Shown here piece after piece: positions 25,807 to 32,000 of a stretch of DNA of 32,000 nucleotides (its first letter is position 1; every line of letters starts with the position of its first letter). The stretch is taken from contig JAFVFD010000005.1 in NCBI GenBank assembly GCA_017475605.1, positions 60,001 through 92,000 on the forward strand, in the 5' to 3' direction. The position numbers were made by a program, and so were the translations under genes. The DNA is from Alphaproteobacteria bacterium. Its GTDB lineage: Bacteria > Pseudomonadota > Alphaproteobacteria > Rs-D84. The notes beneath the pieces are model-generated. The model saw only the letters and a program-made list of their open reading frames with translations, had not been told where the DNA came from and made no database searches.

Positions 25807-26207
25807 GTTTTTGCCTTATAGTTTTCAATATATTTACGATAGTTTGGATCTTCTGTATATTTGGTTATATTGAATTTATCCATTTTGTGTAATCTGTTTG
25901 CGATTTGTCGCGCAGATGACGACACACCATGCCCTATGTGCGCACGAAAAATAATTTGCGCTGGAACATATTTATGACTTTTGTGCATACGTGGTTCAAA
26001 ACCCATGGCACGCACAATCTCGAACGACTTGGCATCCATTTGTTCAAAGTAAACATACGGCTGTCCGTTGCGCGCACGCACAACTTCTGGAACCATGTCA
26101 AAAATATCGACCAACAATGCCGCATCAAAGTCCGCATTGTGCCGAAAATTATTTGGCAATTTTATCTCTGGTTTAATAATACTTTTTAAGCATTCTTTTA
26201 TTGTCAT
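25800..26207 (-). CDS. Hypothetical cytoplasmic protein (135 aa)
   Basis: ORF track frame. ATG 26207 (MTIKECL) is preceded by AAAGGTG. A TTGACA-16 nt-TATTCT promoter-like sequence lies upstream. No recognisable motifs. Confidence 0.6.
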   Translation of the reverse strand: MTIKECLKSIIKPEIKLPNNFRHNADFDAALLVDIFDMVPEVVRARNGQPYVYFEQMDAKSFEIVRAMGFEPRMHKSHKYVPAQIIFRAHIGHGVSSSARQIANRLHKMDKFNITKYTEDPNYRKYIENYKAKTK

Positions 26208-26276
26208 AAAAACACCTTTATTCTTGCAACACAAGAATACACGAAAAACACTTTTTGTCAATATAATTATTATTTG

Positions 26277-29200
26277 CTAGATTCCCACCCGATGTGTCAA
26301 TTTCATCATAAAGATGGACTCATTACCAAATTCATCTGTATTATTTGGATTTACCCGATAAATGAAGCCCAACGCGCCGTCTGTAAACGCGCCAAAGTTA
26401 TGGCGATATTCCGCATTGAATCGCAATTCCCGTTTATCCGCACTTAAATCTAGTTCCGCGATATGTGCATTCGCAATATCAAGTGCAAAATTACCATCAT
26501 CGGTATCAACAATATGATAGTCGGCATACGCATATTGCAGCGCACCATGCCGCACCGCCAATGGTTGCGCAACACTTAACCGGAAATTACCAATTTCGGC
26601 ACCAATTCCAAATGCGTTTGATTCAAGTTCTGATACCCCCAGGACAAAGTCCCCCGCCCCATCGGTTGTTGTGCGCGCAAATGTCGCACGCGCGGTAAGT
26701 GTAAAATTATCAAATGGACGAACACGCAATTCATTATCAACATATATCGTTTCACCCGCACCCATATCAAGCAAACCATTCGTATATGCCCCCAAAACAG
26801 TATCCGTTTCGTTCACCGCACCAACGGTTGTATCAAACCCAAAATATTTACCACGCCATGCAACATTTGCACCCGCACCACGTACCAGGCCCAACCGCGC
26901 CGGCGCATAATTTGCCGCTATTGTTGGGTCATGTTCCAACAAAGATTCATCAGTTACCGCACCTGAAAACGCGCGCGCACCAAACGACCATTTACCGAAA
27001 TTATATTCAGCATCCGAAATAACTGCATTTGACGCAAGGTTCAAAATCGGATTGCTCATCCCTGAAAAACGCGACACCCCGTCGGTAAGATGCCGCTGAT
27101 ACCCCGCTGCCATATTCCAATTACCCGTTGTCCAATCTAATTTCATATTATCCAATCCGCCCATATTGTCATTATAGGCACGCGGTGATACCGCCATTGA
27201 AAAACCAAGTTTCCCCATCTGAATCCGATTTTCATCCGCATCATGCGTTTTCAATTCGCCCAACACATCGCCCATATAAAGTCCATGCCTTGAATTCGTC
27301 CCCAGTGCGAATTCATTTGTCCAAACACGTGGCAACGACAATTCACCATCAACACTGGTCAACACATCAAATGCCGATGTCCGTAATGTTGCATTACGCG
27401 CACCAAATGCCGACGACGACATAAATGCTGTATTAGATGCCGCCCGCCAATACGCATTACCGGCATCTGACACAATATCGGTTCCATTATAATAGAAAAT
27501 ATTTTTCCCCGGTGTTGTTGCGCGTTCAACATTGATTAACCCGTAACCAAATACTTCCTTGAACGCATCAAGATAATCAAGATTTCCAGCATTCACCATA
27601 TACTGATATTCATTTGGCAATTCATACATACCCTGTAGATACGATTTCAAGTCATCTTTTGTAAATGTGGTACCCGATTCATTTGTTCCCAAGTACGCAC
27701 CATCGGCGGTCAATGCCACCAGCGCAAATATTTGTTGATTTGTCAGATACGGAAAGGCCGACTTTACCGCCCCAAATGCACCTGCGGCACTTGCCACCGC
27801 TAATTCATCGGTAACACCCGCCGCGGCAAAGCACCATGGGTCAATTCCGTTTGCCCCCATACCCCCAACACCACACATACGCGCCCGATAATATGTATCA
27901 TCGGTTGTGTCCGGCGTATTATTTGTATTTTGCCATTGTGCCAAAATATATTTATTATTCGGCGAATAACCGGAAACAGTTGATGTTCCATTGGTCCCTG
28001 TCCCCTTTTGTCCAACGGCAACAATGGACGCAAATAAATGTTCCATATTCGCACCGTATACCAGCGGTGCCGCATTTTCAAAAGTCGCAACCCGCGCCAC
28101 CCCAGAATATGCCGCATCCGTTGTTACCCCACCGGTTGAAAACAGGACCAATGGTGAATAAGACGAACCCAGCCCACTGAAAAACTGTTTTGCTATCGCC
28201 CCCTGGGTACTGGCTGTTGAATCGGCATTATAATATTTATTCACATATAAAGAAAATTGGTTTTGATAATCTTCTGATGTTGTTGCGGATATAGACAACA
28301 AATCGTCAATGGTCGCTGTGTCCGTCGCATACAAAGGTGTAATCACCGATGCATTTGCTAATATGTTTGGACGCGACCGCCCCATTGTAACATCACCCGC
28401 GGTGTACAATGCCGCCCCCGCCAACAATGCCCGATAATTATAATAGTCAATAGTATTTCCGTTATTATCAACGCCTCCACCCGTTCTAAAAATTGTCATT
28501 TGTCCGTTTGGCATAAATCCCATAAAGTCGGCAGTAGACCCTGTTGTAACGGAACCCGCCACCACCTTGGCCAGCAAATTATCCATATCGGTTGCCGATG
28601 TATTGTTTATCGCGGTGCCATTACCCGATAAATCAAACGACGCGACCAACGTCGAATCTTCCGATGTAGTATCATCGGTCAATGTTCCGGTGTCTGTGCC
28701 ATAGGTTATCTTGTTATTATAATATTTGCTGGAAATCATATTGTTGGACGCGGCATTCACTTCTGTTCCGTTGTTATTAAGTGTTGTCCATGGCATCAAT
28801 TTATCCGCCAATGAAGTATCATCCGCGGCATTGATACCATTTGCGGTAATTAACGCAACATTTATCGGTCGGCCCCCCAACACAGGTTCTGTTCCCAAAT
28901 TATTTCCACCGATATTCAACGGTGCATCGGTTGATTTATTGCGTAATGTTGACATACCCATATATCCGCGTGCGAATGCCGAATAGCCACGCATCATAAG
29001 CAGGTAATTTTGCCCATATGTATTTGTCATTAAATTAAAGTTTTTATATAAAATACTGTCTGTATCAGATGGGCTGTATAAATCCAGCGCATTTGTATAA
29101 TTATAATCTTCCGCCAATGATGCCGGGCCATCTGGCAAAGTAAATGCCGCGGTTGCATTTGTCGAACCACCGCCACCATTGTTGCCACCACCATGTGATC

Positions 29201-29657
29201 CAGACGAAGAAGAAGATTTATTATCGTTTCCCGGATCCAACCAATCGGTTAACAAAAACAGCCCCCCAACGATAACGGCGGCCCCCGCCGCCGTTAATGT
29301 TATGCTTTGGGCAGAAGATAACCCGCCGAATAACCCACCACTGCTGCCGGTTGGTTTATTCCTGGAATTATACTGCTTAATCTGACGGTCGCACTTTGAT
29401 GCATCGGCACCATACATTTGTAATATTTGCGCGGCCCGAACATCGTTATTCATTAACGCGGTACACACCAACGACAGCCCAGTTGAATCAACATAATTTA
29501 CGTTTGCGCCATTGTTGATAAGTGCCTGCACCTGCTGAATATCGGCATTTTTAGCCGCAGACAACAACTGTGCCGCAACCATAAATTCATTTGTTGCACC
29601 AAACGAAACCGCCGGTATCAAGAACAATAAAAAGCCGAAAACTCGCATAAATCTCAT
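26277..29657 (-). CDS. Classical (type Va-like) autotransporter with N-terminal ankyrin repeats and a subtilase-like, apparently non-catalytic passenger (1126 aa)
   Basis: Signal peptide MRFMRVFGFLLFLIPAVSFG/A. Two ANK-like repeats (AAKNADIQQVQALINNGANVNYVDSTGLSLVCTALMNNDVRAAQILQMYGADASKCD). A hydrophobic segment and a G/N/S linker follow. S8-like blocks are GRPINVALITANG, LAKVVAGS, SIVAVG, AAGVTDELAVASAAGAFGAVKSAFPYLTNQQIFALVALTA and FGYGLINVERA. The C-terminal about 300 aa shows an alternating beta-strand pattern. Confidence 0.85.
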   Translation of the reverse strand: MRFMRVFGFLLFLIPAVSFGATNEFMVAAQLLSAAKNADIQQVQALINNGANVNYVDSTGLSLVCTALMNNDVRAAQILQMYGADASKCDRQIKQYNSRNKPTGSSGGLFGGLSSAQSITLTAAGAAVIVGGLFLLTDWLDPGNDNKSSSSSGSHGGGNNGGGGSTNATAAFTLPDGPASLAEDYNYTNALDLYSPSDTDSILYKNFNLMTNTYGQNYLLMMRGYSAFARGYMGMSTLRNKSTDAPLNIGGNNLGTEPVLGGRPINVALITANGINAADDTSLADKLMPWTTLNNNGTEVNAASNNMISSKYYNNKITYGTDTGTLTDDTTSEDSTLVASFDLSGNGTAINNTSATDMDNLLAKVVAGSVTTGSTADFMGFMPNGQMTIFRTGGGVDNNGNTIDYYNYRALLAGAALYTAGDVTMGRSRPNILANASVITPLYATDTATIDDLLSISATTSEDYQNQFSLYVNKYYNADSTASTQGAIAKQFFSGLGSSYSPLVLFSTGGVTTDAAYSGVARVATFENAAPLVYGANMEHLFASIVAVGQKGTGTNGTSTVSGYSPNNKYILAQWQNTNNTPDTTDDTYYRARMCGVGGMGANGIDPWCFAAAGVTDELAVASAAGAFGAVKSAFPYLTNQQIFALVALTADGAYLGTNESGTTFTKDDLKSYLQGMYELPNEYQYMVNAGNLDYLDAFKEVFGYGLINVERATTPGKNIFYYNGTDIVSDAGNAYWRAASNTAFMSSSAFGARNATLRTSAFDVLTSVDGELSLPRVWTNEFALGTNSRHGLYMGDVLGELKTHDADENRIQMGKLGFSMAVSPRAYNDNMGGLDNMKLDWTTGNWNMAAGYQRHLTDGVSRFSGMSNPILNLASNAVISDAEYNFGKWSFGARAFSGAVTDESLLEHDPTIAANYAPARLGLVRGAGANVAWRGKYFGFDTTVGAVNETDTVLGAYTNGLLDMGAGETIYVDNELRVRPFDNFTLTARATFARTTTDGAGDFVLGVSELESNAFGIGAEIGNFRLSVAQPLAVRHGALQYAYADYHIVDTDDGNFALDIANAHIAELDLSADKRELRFNAEYRHNFGAFTDGALGFIYRVNPNNTDEFGNESIFMMKLTHRVGI

Positions 29658-29718
29658 GAATTTCTCTCTGTGTACATAATCTTAACACAGATTTAACAAT
29701 TCTGTCTAGCAAAAAATA

Positions 29719-29744
29719 ATATCCCCATGCGAACATGGGGATAT
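29719..29744 (-). terminator. Rho-independent terminator after the PAK-repeat gene
   Basis: 11-bp stem atatccccatg/catggggatat, loop cgaa. On the minus strand it is followed by tatttttt. Confidence 0.7.
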
Positions 29745-29772
29745 ATTTACATCAACACATATATAATATGTA

Positions 29773-30573
29773 TTAATAACATTTAGAACGAGAACCCAAA
29801 ACAACGGTCGTTGTTGTACGGCACGCGTTTTGATACAGACGTTTCTTTTTCTGTGGTTCTGTTGTGTTCACATTATTATCATGGCCGTTAACATTACCAT
29901 TTGCGTTAACAACACCATTTGCATTAACAATCACATTACCATTGTTATCGCCAGTGATAACAACTGTTTGTGTTGGTGTGTGTGCATTTGTACGAACAAC
30001 AACAGTATCCGGTGTGGCAACAATTTCTGTTTTCTGTTCCGGACATGGAGTTGGTTTCACCGGTGCCGACTTCGCTGGCTGCGCTGGTTTAACAGGTGCT
30101 GGTTTTGCCGGTTTCACAGGCTGTGCTGGTTTTGCCGGTTTTGCAGGCTTTTTGGCTGGCTTGGCCGGCTTTTTAGCCTGTTTCGCTGGTTTTTCACATT
30201 TGCAGCAATCACATTTGTTTTTCGCATCCTTGCAATCACAACCTGTCTTATTACCTTGGCATGCGCAAGCCTTGGCTTCACGACAAACCGCCAAAGAATC
30301 ACGCAAATCTGCTATTGTGGAATCACGTACGACAATTGTATCGCGCAAAGCGGAATTTTCATCATTCAATTCACTAATGCGCCCATTTGCCGCTTCGACT
30401 GCGTTGCTGGCATCTGTCAATGCTGTATTGTTCTTTGAAACAAGTGTATGCCATTCCTGTGCTTCATCACGTGCAGCACGTTTATCGCTGCACTGTTTAA
30501 CACCGAAAACAATAGCGATAACCGCAACCGTTCCCAGTGCGATATTTGCCCAAGTTCTTTTATCCATAGCCAT
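29773..30573 (-). CDS. Membrane-anchored protein with coiled-coil, metallothionein-like Cys cluster, PAKPAK repeats and Asn-rich C-terminal region (266 aa)
   Basis: RBS AAAGGGA. N-terminal TM helix ANIALGTVAVIAIVFGV. Cys cluster CREAKACACQGNKTGCDCKDAKNKCDCCKC. Repeat region (PAKPAK)n from about aa 128 to 176. The C-terminal part contains GDNNGNVIVNANGVVNANGNVNGHDNN. Confidence 0.75.
   Translation of the reverse strand: MAMDKRTWANIALGTVAVIAIVFGVKQCSDKRAARDEAQEWHTLVSKNNTALTDASNAVEAANGRISELNDENSALRDTIVVRDSTIADLRDSLAVCREAKACACQGNKTGCDCKDAKNKCDCCKCEKPAKQAKKPAKPAKKPAKPAKPAQPVKPAKPAPVKPAQPAKSAPVKPTPCPEQKTEIVATPDTVVVRTNAHTPTQTVVITGDNNGNVIVNANGVVNANGNVNGHDNNVNTTEPQKKKRLYQNACRTTTTVVLGSRSKCY
30046..30192 (-). 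repeat. Imperfect tandem coding repeats (Pro-Ala-Lys / Pro-Val-Lys units)
   Basis: Recurrent gctggttttgccggttt-type units on the plus strand, encoding KPAKQAKKPAKPAKKPAKPAKPAQPVKPAKPAPVKPAQPAKSAPVKP. Confidence 0.8.
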
Positions 30574-30674
30574 TTTTTATCCCTTTGGTTATACTTGATG
30601 ACTAAAATATAGACAAAATATTATGTTTTGTCAAGTATAAATTTCATTTTTATTATTTTATCTTGTTTTTCCCT

Positions 30675-30703
30675 TTGCGCCCCACACCGTTTTTTGATAT
30701 AAT
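30675..30703 (+). promoter_or_regulatory. Candidate sigma70 promoter for P5: TTGCGC-17 nt-TATAAT with TG extended -10
   Basis: Reads cttTGCGCcccacaccgtttttTGATATAATtagg. It has the same architecture as the P2 promoter. The -10 element ends 16 nt before ATG 30720. Confidence 0.5.
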
Positions 30704-30719
30704 TAGGCATCAGAGAGAA

Positions 30720-31580
30720 ATGATAAAAAAACTTGCTTTTGTAATACTATCTTGTGCGCTGGTGCCTGTGGTTGGGCATTCGGCGTGTTCACGCGCGAAT
30801 TTAACACGTTGTTTGGATTCTGCGTGTGCGGTTAACATATCGTCAAATCCGGCGGCACGTTGTCAATATTGTGGTACTGCGGATGCCGGCGAACCGAACG
30901 ACGCGGGGTTGCGTGCCGTATCCGTTGGAACATCTGCGAAATACAATATTTCGGCGCGCGATTTGAAAAGCGCCCCAACCGATCCCGGCGAACGCTATGT
31001 TTGGGCATCAAAAAAATGTATTTCTATTGTTGATGGCTGTACCGCGGACGATGTGTCGGATGTGTACGATAAATTAATTGAACAATCTTGTACCGCCGCG
31101 GGAATAAGTGCACAAATGGCCGTACTATTCGAAAATGCGCGCAAGGTTAAGACAGAATCTGCATGTAAATCTGAAATAACGGCGTGTATGGTTGGCGAAG
31201 CAAAATGTACTTCTAAATACAGCGGCTGTGCCGAAGATGCCGATTTTGATAAATATTTTTCGGAATGTTCCATCGCATCTGTTGGTTGTGATGCGTATTT
31301 GTCGGACATCCGTTCAACACTTGCCACCGCACGCGATCGCGCAATTAAAAACGCCGAGGAAACACTTTTGGCCATTGTCCAATCGTACAGGGATGCGCGT
31401 GCAAAACGTTTGGCTGCAATTACCAAATCGTGCGATGATAACTCTGCGCGCGACGCGTGTATAACATCTGTATGTAACCGCAGTATGCCGAACAAGTGCG
31501 ATGCGGCATATCCATCTGAAAAATCTATGGCAACACAGTTGTGCAAGTTTTATGACATAGCGTGTTCGACATTAAAATAA
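30720..31580 (+). CDS. Cys-rich secreted protein P5 (286 aa), remote relative of the P1-P3 family
   Basis: ATG 30720 (MIKKLAFVILSCALVPVVGHSA/CS, a signal peptide); the ORF track start at 30663 is an extension. The opening module CSRANLTRCLDSACAVNISSNPAARCQYCG is a variant of the family signature. About 28 Cys are present, and GCDAY and ARDACITSVC motifs echo CRDAY..C. Confidence 0.8.
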   Translation: MIKKLAFVILSCALVPVVGHSACSRANLTRCLDSACAVNISSNPAARCQYCGTADAGEPNDAGLRAVSVGTSAKYNISARDLKSAPTDPGERYVWASKKCISIVDGCTADDVSDVYDKLIEQSCTAAGISAQMAVLFENARKVKTESACKSEITACMVGEAKCTSKYSGCAEDADFDKYFSECSIASVGCDAYLSDIRSTLATARDRAIKNAEETLLAIVQSYRDARAKRLAAITKSCDDNSARDACITSVCNRSMPNKCDAAYPSEKSMATQLCKFYDIACSTLK

Positions 31581-31586
31581 ACGGAA

Positions 31587-32000
31587 TATGTTGAAAATGA
31601 ATACGAACAGAACCGGAATCTTTGGCAGAAAAATTTGTAGTGTGGCCTTTATTATTTTGGCGGTCGTTGCCGATGCGTCGGCTGCAAATGTGGTCCAGCG
31701 AAATACGGTATCTTCAACAAATCGGGTTTCGGCCACACGTCCATCCGCCGCGGCATCTCGTATGCCAACAATGATGGTTAATGTTGGCGCAACATCACAA
31801 AGCACAACACCGGCAGTATCGGACACACCCGCCACGACAACAACGAAAACCACAACTACAAACACCCCGGAACCAACACCAAACATTGAAAACAAATCAT
31901 CACAATTTGGTACGGGCCTTACATCTAAATCAGAAACCCAGATTGACACCGCGGCAACAAACCTGGCTGAATTGGTCCGCGCACAACGTGCTGCACTGGA
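31587..32000 (+). CDS. Secreted Thr-rich protein P6, N-terminal part only (runs off the right edge); N-terminus resembles P3
   Basis: Absent from the ORF track (no stop in the window). Manual translation gives M(LK)MNTNRTGIFGRKICSVAFIILAVVADASA/ANVVQRNTVSSTNRVSATRPS...TTTTKTTTTNTPEP and stays open to 32000. An alternative in-frame ATG lies at 31596. Confidence 0.7.

Noticed and set aside
29830-30598. 202-aa and 244-aa plus-strand ORFs
   Set aside because: They are antisense to the PAK-repeat gene. Their Cys/Phe/Gly-rich repetitive translations are repeat mirror artefacts, and the minus-strand frame has an RBS, a TM anchor and a terminator.
30995-31949. Minus-strand ORFs 30995..31546 and 31572..31949
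   Set aside because: They are antisense to P5 and P6, which have signal peptides and family features.
1-32000. Presence of a mobile element, prophage or defence island
   Set aside because: No integrase, transposase, recombinase, restriction, Cas or toxin-antitoxin signature was recognisable in any frame. Only the tRNA-Gln att-like scars hint at past mobility.

Overview
This window looks like chromosomal DNA from a moderately low-GC, probably host-associated alphaproteobacterium. That call rests on a near-colinear CcrM ortholog plus NrdR, ClpP/ClpX, Pgk, RNase HII, Slt, IF-1 and tRNA-Gln. A housekeeping core (about 6.9-15.1 kb) is flanked on both sides by cell-envelope and surface genes. The main signal is an unrecognised paralogous family of large, signal-peptide-bearing, cysteine-rich proteins. 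Three members (here P1, P2, P3) lie at 1-6109 and share identical cysteine spacing despite low residue identity. A small Cys-rich partner (P4) follows them, and a second locus at 30720-32000 holds a remote Cys-rich relative (P5) and a further N-terminally similar member (P6). P1 and P6 run off the window edges, are absent from the ORF track, and were found by manual translation. Between the two loci sit three other surface genes. One is a 2154-aa trimeric autotransporter whose head carries chlamydial Pmp-type GGAI/FxxN repeats, followed by an OmpA-like lipoprotein. The second is an 1126-aa classical autotransporter with N-terminal ankyrin repeats and what looks like a catalytically dead subtilase domain. 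The third is a membrane-anchored protein with a metallothionein-like Cys cluster and PAKPAK repeats. Other points of interest are listed here.
- tRNA-Gln(CUG) is followed by two tandem pseudo-copies and one inverted pseudo-copy of its 3' end, with no integrase in the window.
- A G8 homopolymer lies inside P3.
- A densely structured about 150-nt intergenic element at 23.17-23.33 kb is bracketed by a 12-nt direct repeat and has mutually exclusive helices.
- CcrM carries DSPY in place of the canonical DPPY motif.
I saw no CRISPR array, transposase, integrase or rRNA. All functional calls come from motif recognition by eye, and no database search was run.
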